This document shows positions 49,294-58,624 of a DNA stretch of 64,000 bases, in pieces. How positions within the stretch are numbered: the stretch's first letter is position 1; every line of letters starts with the position of its first letter. Made by a program: the position numbers and the translations under genes. The DNA comes from Thermoplasmata archaeon (GTDB lineage Archaea > Thermoplasmatota > Thermoplasmata > Lutacidiplasmatales > UBA184). The DNA lies in the NCBI GenBank assembly GCA_027306505.1, contig DAHUZP010000001.1:120932-184931 (forward strand), given 5' to 3'. The notes under the pieces are model-generated. The model saw nothing but the letters and a program-made list of their open reading frames with translations, was not told where the DNA came from and did not search any database.

Positions 49294-49791
49294 CTAGGGC
49301 CAACCGAGCAAGAGCGGCACCGCGAGGAAAAGCGTGCCCCGGGTGAGACCGGCGAAGAAGTTCGCGCTGAGGAACGGCAGCCACGCGATACGACGCTCGC
49401 CCTTGGGAGGATTGAGGAGGGCGAAGGCATAGATCGGCAAGGTGTCCGTCATGAACGGGATCGACAGGATGGCGTAGAGAGCATAGGCCCCATAGCGTCC
49501 GACCAGCCCTTGGAGCCTATCGAACCAGGGTGCGAGCCACGGTAGCCTCTCCACCCACCTCGTGGTCACCCGGCCCAGCCGGTCCCCCAGTGGATAGATC
49601 AGGGCCGCGCCGATGGTCTTTCCCACGGCGAGGATCAGGACGAGCAGGTACCACGGCAGGAACGGGTCGAGCAGCCCCACCTCCTCGGGGATCGGGAGGA
49701 AGACCGTCGCGGCGATGGTGTAGAGGAGCAGGACGGGGCCGTAGGTCCAGGGGTCCCCCAGGAACGAGTCCAGGAAGGAGGTGAGGTCCAT
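49294..49791 (-). CDS. DedA/VTT-domain membrane protein
   Basis: It reads YGPVLLLYTIAATVFLPIPEEVGLL. The start is placed at the ATG at 49791. Confidence 0.6.
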   Translation of the reverse strand: MDLTSFLDSFLGDPWTYGPVLLLYTIAATVFLPIPEEVGLLDPFLPWYLLVLILAVGKTIGAALIYPLGDRLGRVTTRWVERLPWLAPWFDRLQGLVGRYGAYALYAILSIPFMTDTLPIYAFALLNPPKGERRIAWLPFLSANFFAGLTRGTLFLAVPLLLGWP

Positions 49792-49895
49792 CGCCACCGC
49801 TCCTCCCGACCATCTACCCGCGCCCCGTCGTGGATGTCCGAAGTGACGCGGAGCCCCTCCGAGTTCGATGGTCGCGCCGAACGATGGGCACGGTC

Positions 49896-50606
49896 TCACC
49901 CTCGAGGGCCACCGGCCGGAGGGGCTGCCCGCACCGGGACTGGGTAGGGCAAGGGGAGCTCACGTCGGCAGAAGCGGCCGAGCACCTCGACGAGCAGCTC
50001 ATGCTCCAAGGGCCGCTGACGGTCGGCGAGTTCCGAGGGGGTCTCCCCCGCACGGACCTCGATCTCCGTCTTGGCGAGGATGGGCCCCCGGTCCACCTCC
50101 TCGGTCACGACGTGCACCGTCGCCCCTGTCCGAGGGTCTCCAGAAGCCAGGACCGCGGCGTGCACCCTCGTCCCGTACATCCCGGGGCCAGAGTGGCGGG
50201 GAAGCAACGAGGGGTGGAGATTGATGATCCGACCGGGGAAGCGTTCGAAGAAGGGGGGACCCAGCACGCGGAGGAACCCCGCCAGCACGACGAGGTCCGT
50301 CCGCAGCTCCTCCAGTCGAGCGACGAGCCGCCGCTCCCATTCCCCCTCGGGCCCTTCCCGTGGCAGGAAGGTCTCACAAGGGATCCCAAGGCGCCGTGCG
50401 CGTTCGACCGCGGGCGCCTTGGAGCGGTCCGAAGCGGCGAGGACGATCGTCGCGCGGAGCTCGCCCCTCGAGACCGCTCGAGCGACGGCGTCCATGGTGG
50501 TCCCTTCTCCCGAGACCAGGATCGCGATCCGCAGGGGTGGAGGGGTGTCGGCGGTCAACGTCGGGGCTTCCTCCTCAGCTCCGTGATGGGGCCTTGAACG
50601 GCGCAC
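49896..50606 (-). CDS. purN: Phosphoribosylglycinamide formyltransferase
   Basis: It reads IAILVSGEGT, IINLHPSLLP, and has the Asp in the TVHVV.EEVDRGPI region. Confidence 0.8.
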   Translation of the reverse strand: MRRSRPHHGAEEEAPTLTADTPPPLRIAILVSGEGTTMDAVARAVSRGELRATIVLAASDRSKAPAVERARRLGIPCETFLPREGPEGEWERRLVARLEELRTDLVVLAGFLRVLGPPFFERFPGRIINLHPSLLPRHSGPGMYGTRVHAAVLASGDPRTGATVHVVTEEVDRGPILAKTEIEVRAGETPSELADRQRPLEHELLVEVLGRFCRRELPLPYPVPVRAAPPAGGPRG

Positions 50607-50677
50607 GCCCGAGCCGGGGTTCCCCGCAGGAGCGGAGCGGTCCCGGGGCGGGTAGAGGGGCGGTCATGGCAAGGCCT

Positions 50678-52189
50678 TCAGAAGCTCGTCCCGCTGGTGA
50701 AGGTGAACGATCGGGAGACGAGGGGCGAGAGGACGGGGGAGGTGAAGGCCCGTTCGTCGGCGAAGCAGCGCCGGTCCTCGCCCACCGCCTCCACGCCCGC
50801 AAGCGTCTCCAAGATGCTCTCGGTGAAACGTAGGTTCCGGATGGGGTGCTGGACCTCTCCGTTCTCCACCCAGTAGGTGCCGTCCCGCGTCATCCCGGTG
50901 ATGATCGTCCTGCCGGGGTGCACGGCCCGGACGTACCAGAACCGGGTCACGACGATCCCCTGCTTGAGCTCCTTGAGGAGCTCGGTCCGGTCGTGGTCCC
51001 CCGGGGCCATCGTGAGGTGGAGCGGGAGGGGCCCCATCTCCCCGAAGTGCGCCTCAGGAGGAAGGGCATTGCTCGTCGAGGGCACCTTCGCCCGGGAGGC
51101 GGTCAGGTGGTCGTGCGCCGCCCCTTGGGCCACTCCCTCGTGGAAGATGGGACGGGCTCGGTGCGGCATGCCCTCGAAATCGATCGAGGAGGGGACCCCC
51201 ACGGAACAGAAGGGGTCGTCGGTGAGCTCGAAGCTCGGCGCGACCAGGGACCTTCCACGGCCTTCCACGAGGAAGCTCCAACCTTCCTCCACCGCGTGGG
51301 CCCCGAGGCCGAGCCAGGCGAGGTGACCCATGAGCTCGGAGACCGCGGGTCCCATGAGCAGCACCCGGTACTTGCCCGGCTCCACCGCTCGCGGGGCGAC
51401 CCTGGGGGTCGCCGCGACGGCCTCCCGGGCCAAGGCGACGAGGTCGACCTTCGCGGGGTCCCAGTGGGCCCCCTCGGACCATCCCGAGACGGGAGGGTCA
51501 CGATCGGGCAGCTCCGTGAGGAGCGAGGCCTGGGCGGCGCTCCGGAGGAACCCGCGGCGGAGGCCGCGAGAGTTCGCGACCGCGAGCAGGCTCGCCCCCT
51601 GGTTGAACACCCCGGAGATCCGGGCCGGGCCGAGCGACTCCTCCACGACCGAGAAGGCGCCCGCAAGACGGTCGCCGAGCCGCTCCAGGTCCTCGTCCAG
51701 CACGCGACGGGAGAACGGCACCGAGGGAGTGGGGCCCTTCACGTCCTCCGCGAACCCGGGGAAGCCTTCGACAGGCGGCGCGACCGACGCCAGGGCCTTC
51801 GCCCCCTCGGCGAGTCGGCGCAGTCCCTCGGGCGTTAGGTCCGTGGTCGTCGCGACGCCCAGCCGACCGCCGCTCAGCGCGACACGGAGAGAGACCGCCT
51901 TGGTCAGCTCCGCATGGGGCTGGTAGAGACGGGAGTCCGCGCACCGCAGCGTGATCCACCGGTCGTCGTAGTACCGGGCGTCCGCGTCCCCCCCGACGAG
52001 GTCCAAGACCCGGTCCAGCACCTCGAGGCCAGCCTTCAGGTCGGGTTGGGAGGGGTCCTCGCGAGGGGAGGGGCGTGCTCCGCGCGGGGCGGGCCTGGAA
52101 CGGGCGGGAGCGGGGCGACGCGAAGAGCGCCGGGCCCGGTCGAGCGCCGGCTTCTTGGGGGCCGCGCGCCGACGGGCGACAGGGCTCAT
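50678..52189 (-). CDS. pmbA: TldD/PmbA-family metalloprotease (PmbA/TldE paralogue)
   Basis: The PmbA_TldD fold is present. The start is placed at the ATG that overlaps the tldD stop by 4 nt (ATGA). Confidence 0.75.
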   Translation of the reverse strand: MSPVARRRAAPKKPALDRARRSSRRPAPARSRPAPRGARPSPREDPSQPDLKAGLEVLDRVLDLVGGDADARYYDDRWITLRCADSRLYQPHAELTKAVSLRVALSGGRLGVATTTDLTPEGLRRLAEGAKALASVAPPVEGFPGFAEDVKGPTPSVPFSRRVLDEDLERLGDRLAGAFSVVEESLGPARISGVFNQGASLLAVANSRGLRRGFLRSAAQASLLTELPDRDPPVSGWSEGAHWDPAKVDLVALAREAVAATPRVAPRAVEPGKYRVLLMGPAVSELMGHLAWLGLGAHAVEEGWSFLVEGRGRSLVAPSFELTDDPFCSVGVPSSIDFEGMPHRARPIFHEGVAQGAAHDHLTASRAKVPSTSNALPPEAHFGEMGPLPLHLTMAPGDHDRTELLKELKQGIVVTRFWYVRAVHPGRTIITGMTRDGTYWVENGEVQHPIRNLRFTESILETLAGVEAVGEDRRCFADERAFTSPVLSPLVSRSFTFTSGTSF

Positions 52190-53643
52190 GCGGCACCTCC
52201 GATACGGGTCTTCCGGAACAGCCCCAGCGGCGCCCCGTGTCCCACGTGGCCGATCTGGCTGGGCTGACCCTTCCCGCAGTTGGGCAGGCCCCACAGGTGC
52301 CAGGTGGAGCGGTCGGAGGTCGCCTCCAGGGTGTTCCAGAAGATCGGGGTCATCCCGGAGTAGAGGGGGTTGCGGACGAGCTCCCCCAGCTCACCGCGAA
52401 CGATGCGCCGGCCGAGCTCGCATCCGAACTGGAAGTTGAGCCGCTTGTCGTCGATCGACCAGGAACGGTTCGTCTCCATGTACACCCCGTCCTGGACCCC
52501 GCGCAGGAGCTCCTCCCTGGAGCGGTCACCGGCGGTGAGATTGATGTTGGTCATGCGGATGAGCGGCGTCCTCGCCCATCCATCCGCGCGGGCCGTGCCA
52601 CCGGACCGGGGGAGGCCCTGTCGGGCCGCCGTCTCCCGAGAGGAAAGGAAGCCCGCAAGGACCCCCTTCGAGACCAGCGGGTAGCTGCGACCAGGCACGC
52701 CCTCGTCGTCCCAAGGGAAGGTCCCGAGCCCTCCAGGGGAGGTCGCGTCCGCCTCGATGGTCATCGCGGACGACCCGTAGCGGAGCTGCCCCACCTCGGA
52801 CGCCCGGACGAAGCTCGTCCCGGCGTACCCCGCCTCGAAGGCCATCACGCGGTCGAGCTCCGTCGCGTGGCCCACCGATTCATGGACCTGGAGAGCCAGC
52901 TGGTCGCTCGCGAGCACGAGGTCCATCTCCCCTCGGGGACAGGAGGGGGCCGTGAGCAGGGCGTTCGCGGTCCGACCGCATTCCACCGCGTGACCGGGAA
53001 GGTCCATCTCCCGCAGGAACTCGAAGCCCGCCTGGGCGAAGTCCCCTCCGAAGCTCGTGGGGTACGACCGCCTCTGGACCTCGCCTTCCCCCACGGCGGT
53101 CGCCTCGATCCCCCCGCCCACGTGCGTGAGGCGGGTACGGTAGCTCGCCCCCTCGATGGACCGGTACCACTTCTCCTCCTGCCAGAGGGTGAACGAGGCC
53201 TTCCCCGACCGCACCGACGGATGGGTGTGGAGCGCGGCCTCGGACTCCTTGAGCAGACGGACCTTCTCCTCCGTGCTCACGGCGAAAGGGTCCTCGCGCA
53301 TCGGCGTCTCGAAGTGACGGCCCTTGGGGAGCTCCGTCTCCTCCGCGAACGGGACGCTCTTGCGCGTGGTGCGCTCGGCGGCCCTGGCGAGGCGCTCCGC
53401 CCGCTTCGCCGTGAGCCGGACGGACGCGAGGGAGGCCTCACTGGTCGCGGCGAAGCCCCAGCCTCGCTCCCGGAGCACGCGGACGCCGATCCCGGCCTCG
53501 AAGGAGTCCGTGAGCGCTTCCGCGGAGCCGTTCTTGACCGCGAAGCGCTGGTAGCGACGGGGGCCCACGTACCGGACGTCGGCAAAGCGGACCCCGGGTC
53601 GTTCAGCAGCCTCCAGCGCGGCCTCGAGAAGATCCTCGACCAT
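52186..53643 (-). CDS. tldD: TldD-family metalloprotease
   Basis: It contains an HExxxH-type motif (VHESVGHATELD) and is 485 aa. It pairs with pmbA. Confidence 0.85.
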   Translation of the reverse strand: MVEDLLEAALEAAERPGVRFADVRYVGPRRYQRFAVKNGSAEALTDSFEAGIGVRVLRERGWGFAATSEASLASVRLTAKRAERLARAAERTTRKSVPFAEETELPKGRHFETPMREDPFAVSTEEKVRLLKESEAALHTHPSVRSGKASFTLWQEEKWYRSIEGASYRTRLTHVGGGIEATAVGEGEVQRRSYPTSFGGDFAQAGFEFLREMDLPGHAVECGRTANALLTAPSCPRGEMDLVLASDQLALQVHESVGHATELDRVMAFEAGYAGTSFVRASEVGQLRYGSSAMTIEADATSPGGLGTFPWDDEGVPGRSYPLVSKGVLAGFLSSRETAARQGLPRSGGTARADGWARTPLIRMTNINLTAGDRSREELLRGVQDGVYMETNRSWSIDDKRLNFQFGCELGRRIVRGELGELVRNPLYSGMTPIFWNTLEATSDRSTWHLWGLPNCGKGQPSQIGHVGHGAPLGLFRKTRIGGAA

Positions 53644-53682
53644 GTCCTCGTCCGAACCTCGCCCGAACGATCGGGAGGAGGG

Positions 53683-54651
53683 TCAGAGAGCGACCTTGAG
53701 GTTGAGCTTTTCGGTGAGCTCCTTGTAGCGGTTGCGGATTGTGACCTCGGTCACGCCCGCCACCTCTGCGACCTCGCGCTGCGTGCGGCGCTCCCCGCAC
53801 TGCAGCGACGCGATGTAGATCGCGGCCGCCGCGACGCCGGTGGGCCCGCGCCCGCTCGTGAGCTCGCGCTCCGTCGCGTCCTTGAGGATCTCGTTAGAGC
53901 GGGTCTGGACCTCGCCCTTGAGCTTGAGCTCGGAGCAGAAGCGCTGCACATAGTCCTGGGGGCGCGTGGGGAGCAATCGGAGCCGGAGCTCCCGGGTCAT
54001 GAACCGGTAGGTGCGACCGATCTCCTTGCGGCCGATGTGGCTCTTCGCCGCGATCTCGTCCAGCGTCCGGGGAACGTTGCACTGGCGGCAGCTCCCGTAG
54101 AGCGAGGCTGCGACGACCCCTTCGATGGAGCGCCCGCGGATCAAGTTGCGGTTCACGGCCTTGCGGTAGATCATCGCGGCCGTCTCCCGAACGTTGCGGG
54201 GGAGGGCCATGGCGCTCGCGATCCGGTCGAGCTCCGCCAAGGCGAAGGCGAGGTTCCGCTCGGTCGCGTTCGAGACCCGGATGCGCCGCTGCCACTTCCG
54301 CAGCCGGTAGAGCTGGGCCCGGTTGCGCGTGGGGATGCTCTTGCCGTAAGGGTCCTTGTTCTTCCAGCCGATCTCGGTGGAAAGACCCTTGTCGTGGATG
54401 GTGAGCGTGCTGGGAGCTCCGGCCCGGGCGCGCTTCTCGCCCTGCTCCGCGTCGAAGGCCCGCCAATCCGGACCCTGGTCGATCATGCTCTCTTCGAGCA
54501 CCAGGCCGCACTCGTCACAGACGAGCTCGCCCCGGTCGTAGTCCTTGGTGAGGTGGTTCGACCCGCAGCTCGAGCAGCGGACCGGCGCGCTGGTCTCTCC
54601 CTCGGGAGCGGCACCCGCCGCCCCGGGGGAGGGACGTCCATCAGTGCTCAC
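53683..54651 (-). CDS. tfb: Transcription initiation factor IIB (TFB)
   Basis: It has an N-terminal zinc ribbon CSSCGS...CDECG, a B-finger, two cyclin-fold repeats and a C-terminal HTH ([20 protein letters not shown]). Confidence 0.9.
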   Translation of the reverse strand: MSTDGRPSPGAAGAAPEGETSAPVRCSSCGSNHLTKDYDRGELVCDECGLVLEESMIDQGPDWRAFDAEQGEKRARAGAPSTLTIHDKGLSTEIGWKNKDPYGKSIPTRNRAQLYRLRKWQRRIRVSNATERNLAFALAELDRIASAMALPRNVRETAAMIYRKAVNRNLIRGRSIEGVVAASLYGSCRQCNVPRTLDEIAAKSHIGRKEIGRTYRFMTRELRLRLLPTRPQDYVQRFCSELKLKGEVQTRSNEILKDATERELTSGRGPTGVAAAAIYIASLQCGERRTQREVAEVAGVTEVTIRNRYKELTEKLNLKVAL

Positions 54652-54937
54652 GGCGCCGCACCTCCATCAAGAGCTCCGTGCCCACAAGGGCCAAGGCCTC
54701 CTCCGCTGGGAGGGAGCGCCGGGGGGCGATCGAGAGGTAAGGGTGGGCGACCGGTCCGAAGACCCGGACGACCCGGCCCCGGAAGCGTCCGGAGGGGTCC
54801 GTCACGATGGTGCCCTCATCGACGACACGCTCCGCCCGGACCGTGAACGTCCCCCGTGCGGAAATGGAGCAGACCCGGCCGACCTCACGCCGCTCCGAGG
54901 CGGTGAGCGGTCCCGCGGGTCGATGAGGGCTGGACAA
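54641..54937 (-). CDS. gar1: H/ACA ribonucleoprotein subunit Gar1
   Basis: It reads [17 protein letters not shown] and is 98 aa. It starts with TTG, and the gar1-tfb adjacency is conserved in archaea. Confidence 0.75.
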   Translation of the reverse strand: MSSPHRPAGPLTASERREVGRVCSISARGTFTVRAERVVDEGTIVTDPSGRFRGRVVRVFGPVAHPYLSIAPRRSLPAEEALALVGTELLMEVRRREH

Positions 54938-54962
54938 GGGGTATTAGCGACTTACGATACAG

Positions 54963-54970
54963 GTATAAAG
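54963..54970 (-). promoter_or_regulatory. TATA-box-like element for gar1-tfb (reads CTTTATAC on the coding strand)
   Basis: The AT octamer lies 26-33 nt upstream of the gar1 TTG start in an otherwise GC-rich spacer, which implies a leaderless transcript. Confidence 0.35.
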
Positions 54971-55068
54971 CTTGTTGGCGCCGGCGCGCCCTCTGGCCCT
55001 CTGGCCCTCAGACATCCCATGACCGTCATCGAGCCGGAGGCCCCGGTCCCACGTTTCTCGCTGGAGGA

Positions 55069-56228
55069 TTGACCGAAACCTACTTACTACCATACCCACC
55101 ACTATGGGTGAGTATGTCCTTCATCAGGACCGTCATCAAGGGGGGGCGCAAGTACCGCCAGCGGGTCGAGTCGTACTGGGACCGGAAGGCCAAACGGTGC
55201 CGGACCCGTGTCCTCGAGCATCTGGGACCGGTGGACCCGGTCTATCCTCGGGCCCGGACCACCCTGCTCCAGACCCTCCCTCTGGAGACGCCCCACTTCG
55301 GTCTCCTCGCCACCCGCATCATGAGCGGAACCCTCACCCTCGCCCACATCGTCCAGGCGGTCCACGACATGGGGGAAGAGATGCCCCTGGGCGATCTCGA
55401 GGCCGTGGGCATCCGCTTCGAGCTCGACGCCAAGAAAAGGCCTCGCCTCGCGCTCCTCCTCTGGCCCGCGCCTCCCTCGCCCTCCCCCCGCCCTGCCCGG
55501 TCTGCCAGACACCCCGGGAGGTCCAGCGCCAGCGCGAGCCCACCTCCCTCCTCCCCCTGGACGGGCCCGCCGCCGTAGCGCTCCCCGTCTGGGGGTGCCC
55601 GAACGACCACCCCCATGACAGTTGGGTCCTCTGGACCTCCTCCCTCCGCGAGACCCTCGCCCGCACCTACCCCGTCCTCGGCATGGACGGGATGATCGCG
55701 GTGGGGCTCGCGCGCTTCGGCCTCGACCTCGACCTCCCGGAGAGGAGGGTCCAGGCTCTCTTCGAGGACGGGTGTACCCTTCCCCTCGCCCAGAGCACGG
55801 TCTCCCGCCTCTCCGTCGAGTTCCTGGTGCGCTGGCGGATGCTCTGCGAGGCACGGCTGCCGAAGGTGGTCCGAGCGCTCGGGGGGCTGGTGGCCCAGTT
55901 CGACGGAACGGGGGAGCCTTCGGGAGGGAAGCGCGTCACCTACCGTGCCCGGGAGGGCCGCCACGGGTTCACCCTGTGGTCCGACCCCCTGGTGTCCGAG
56001 AGCGAGGACGAGGTCGCCCGTCAGGACCCTGAGGAGGTGGCTCGGCGGATCGAGGCGCTGCCCAAGGAGGGGAGGCGGCCGAGCGTGGAGCTGAAGAAAG
56101 GGCGGGAGGAGGAACAGCTCGAGGGATTCCTACGGGCGTTGAGGGGTCCTGGACCGTTCGACTCCGAGGTCATGGCCTGGGCGATCTCGGTCGGGTGCGA
56201 GCCCCAGGGCGAGGTCACCCCTCAATGA
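55069..56228 (+). pseudogene. IS1634-family transposase-like remnant split across two frames
   Basis: The N-terminus MSFIRTVIKGGRKYRQRVESYWDRKAKRCRTRVLEHLGPVD resembles the conserved IS1634 transposase N-terminus (V.L..NVWDPEKGR....V.YNFGR). The continuation shifts frame near 55440-55470 (…CPVCQTP…). The total is about 385 aa, against about 550 aa for intact enzymes, and there is no clear DDE motif. Confidence 0.3.
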
Positions 56229-56314
56229 CGGTTATTGGATACGAGAGCTCTGGCCCCCCTCTGGAACCTCCCCTCGCTCGCGACGTAAAACGCATCCCCC
56301 GATCAGGCCGGAAC

Positions 56315-58009
56315 TCACCCCTCCGGCAGCTCCTCGCGGATCTCCGCGAGCTTCGCCTCCGCCTCTGCAGCCTTCCCTGCCTTGACCAGGACCGTGAGCT
56401 CCTTGAGCAACGAGCCGGCCTTGCCGATCCGCTGCTTCTTCTTCTGGCGGTCGCGGACCTGAACCCCCAGTTCCCGGGCCTCCGCGATGATCTGGGCGAG
56501 GGAGCGGGGCGGAGCGGGCGCGTGCTCCTCGCCCGTCTCGGGGGCCGAGGGCTCGATGTGAGCCTCGGAAGTGACCCCGGAAGCAGGGGTGGAGGTGGGT
56601 TCGGCCGAAGATGCGCTCCCAGAACGGGACGGGGAGGGTTCCGAAGCCGAGGGGGCCTCCTGCGCACGGTCGGAGGTCGTCGAGCCGGCCGTCGGTACCG
56701 CCTCGTCCCCCTCCGAACGGCCCATGCCGGGGCCTGTGGGAAGCTCACCGGAAGACGGGGGGGACGCAGCGTCGCCCGCGTTCGCAAAAGCGGAAGCAGG
56801 GGCCTCCGCCGAGGTGGCGGAGGACACGCCCTCGGAACTTGCGGGCACGGAGGGGGCCGGCTCGGTCGTGCCCGCCTCGCCTGCTTCGGATGGGGCTGCG
56901 CCGGGGTCCGAGGAGGGACGCGCGGGGGAGAGGAAGCTCCCACGGAAGTCGATCATCTCCTCGCTCGCCTCCTTGAGCCGTCCCGCCCGGGCGTGCCCAA
57001 GGATCGCCTTGAGGTGCGTCTCCGCCTTCTCCCGCTCGCCGGGGGGAGGGGGATGGGCCCTCAGGCTACGGATCGCCTGCTGGCCCAGGAGAGCGATCTG
57101 GTTGCGGACCTGCTCGTGAAGGAGCACCAAGGCCGCCGAGGCCTGCGTCCCGGCCTCCTGCAGGGTCGCGGCGGAAAGGCTCGGCTCCGCGAGCGTCTCG
57201 CGGACCTGTCCCAGACGCTCGTCGGCCTTGGACATGTCCATACCGAGCTTCATCCCGGTCTCACGCAGGCCGTCCACCTTGTGGAGGGTGTCCTTCACCT
57301 GCTTCCACGCGCCCTCGAGCTCTGCGAGGGCACGTTGGGCCCGGGTCAGCACCTCTACGGCCTCGATACGGGCCCCCTCGGCGAAAGCGGTGCGCGAGCG
57401 CGAGACGTCCCGCGCCACGTCGGCCGCGATCCCGTCCTCCCGCAGGCGACCTTCCTGCTCCTCGAGCTGGGTCGCGAGGGATTCGAAACGCGAGCCGAGC
57501 TGCGGTTCGAGCTGGTCGTAAGCGTCCCTGAGGACCTTGAGGCTCTCGTCCATCGCCCCCCTGGCGGCGGCCATCGCCGCCGCGGTGAGGGCGGAGGCGA
57601 CATCGCCCGTGTCCAACCCCATCAGCTGGGCCACCTTGAGCGAGGCTTGGAGCGCCACCGCGGTCTGCTCCATGTTGAGCCCGGAAGCCGAGGAGGGCGG
57701 GACCTCCGGCCCCGGTTCGAGGATCGGGAGCACCACCGGCGTCGGCTCGATCCCCCCAGGTGTCGACGTATCCGAACGGGGGAGAGCTCCTCCACCCTCC
57801 GAGACGGGGGTGGGCTGCGCTACCTCCTCCTGGACGGCCTTTCTGGCCTCAGGTAGGAGGGCGGTCGGGAACCCGCATGACGGGCAGCGGGAGGTCTCCG
57901 AACCCAGCGCGCCGTCACAAATGGGGCAGGTCTCCCCTCCGACCTTCCCCTCGGTGCTCGTGCTCACCACCACGCTCGGTCCCCCTACCCCGCCTCCACT
58001 AGAACGCAA
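56315..58009 (-). CDS. Hypothetical protein: N-terminal zinc ribbon, a central helical region, a Ser/Pro/Ala/Glu-rich disordered region and a basic C-terminal helix
   Basis: It reads CPICDG...CPSCG near the N-terminus and has a long low-complexity tract. The C-terminus reads QVRDRQKKKQRIGKAGSLLKELTVLVKAGKAAEAEAKLAEI. Confidence 0.5.
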   Translation of the reverse strand: MRSSGGGVGGPSVVVSTSTEGKVGGETCPICDGALGSETSRCPSCGFPTALLPEARKAVQEEVAQPTPVSEGGGALPRSDTSTPGGIEPTPVVLPILEPGPEVPPSSASGLNMEQTAVALQASLKVAQLMGLDTGDVASALTAAAMAAARGAMDESLKVLRDAYDQLEPQLGSRFESLATQLEEQEGRLREDGIAADVARDVSRSRTAFAEGARIEAVEVLTRAQRALAELEGAWKQVKDTLHKVDGLRETGMKLGMDMSKADERLGQVRETLAEPSLSAATLQEAGTQASAALVLLHEQVRNQIALLGQQAIRSLRAHPPPPGEREKAETHLKAILGHARAGRLKEASEEMIDFRGSFLSPARPSSDPGAAPSEAGEAGTTEPAPSVPASSEGVSSATSAEAPASAFANAGDAASPPSSGELPTGPGMGRSEGDEAVPTAGSTTSDRAQEAPSASEPSPSRSGSASSAEPTSTPASGVTSEAHIEPSAPETGEEHAPAPPRSLAQIIAEARELGVQVRDRQKKKQRIGKAGSLLKELTVLVKAGKAAEAEAKLAEIREELPEG

Positions 58010-58094
58010 GGACTACTTGGGTGGTGCGCCACCCGTCTTCGACCCGAGAAAGGGCTCCCCTCCTGAGGATTCCGTTGTCTCGCTCCCATCGACC

Positions 58095-58322
58095 TCAACC
58101 TCCCGAGAAGCTCCGGACGATCTCGAGGTCCCCGGGTCCAGGCACCGGCAGGTCGCTCGGAACGGGCTCACCGTTCCAGAAGAGGACGGTCCCTTCGGGG
58201 GGAAGGCCTAGGGTCTGAAGCAGGGCCTTCAGGGGGCTCCCAGGGGAGACGGAGACCGACGTGGGCTCCCGGCCTTCGAACCCCGAAGCGAAGATCAATC
58301 GGACCTCCACGGTGGGGGCCAC
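58095..58322 (-). CDS. Small ubiquitin-like beta-grasp protein of the MoaD/ThiS/SAMP family ending in Gly-Gly
   Basis: The C-terminal 72 aa read TVEVRLIFASGFEG...LFWNGEPV...GDLEIVRSFSGG-stop. The longer supplied ORF (to 58553) overlaps tRNA-Ser, so the start is placed at the internal GTG, which is uncertain. Confidence 0.5.
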   Translation of the reverse strand: MAPTVEVRLIFASGFEGREPTSVSVSPGSPLKALLQTLGLPPEGTVLFWNGEPVPSDLPVPGPGDLEIVRSFSGG

Positions 58323-58513
58323 CGTGGCGGGGGCCGGTGTGGGGCCCCCCTTGTAGGAGCCCTGCGATGCTGAGCGAGCGGGCGGAGCTCGAGGTCCCGG
58401 TGGAGGGGAGGTCTCCTTGCCGCGCGTTCGGGGCGTCACTTCCTTCCTCGGTGCTCCGGTTCGAACGTAGGTGCGGGATGGGGTGGGGGTCCTCGGTCTT
58501 GGAGAGGCGGGAG

Positions 58514-58597
58514 CGCTGAGGGGGAGATTTGAACTCCCGAGGGGTTGACCCACCGGTTTTCGAGACCGGCGCCTTGACCGGGCTAGGCTACCTCAGC
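58514..58597 (-). tRNA. tRNA-Ser (anticodon CGA), class II with a long variable arm
   Basis: The acceptor GCUGAGG/CCUCAGC is perfect, the D stem is GCCU/AGGC, and the anticodon stem CCGGU/ACCGG carries the loop CUCGAAA. The variable arm is UGGGUCAACCCCUC, the T arm is GGGAG-UUCAAAU-CUCCC, and the discriminator is G. CCA is not encoded. Confidence 0.8.
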
Positions 58598-58624
58598 ACC
58601 TCGAGGGCGCGAGACGGGAGGGTT

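Noticed and set aside
52075-54846. 923-aa plus-strand ORF spanning the tldD, tfb and gar1 region
   Set aside because: It is antisense to three well-supported minus-strand genes, and its translation is Arg/Pro/Gly-rich.
56195-57856. 553-aa plus-strand ORF
   Set aside because: It is antisense to the zinc-ribbon/IDR protein. Its translation is Arg/Gly-rich with no motifs, so the minus-strand reading is preferred, though both are low complexity.
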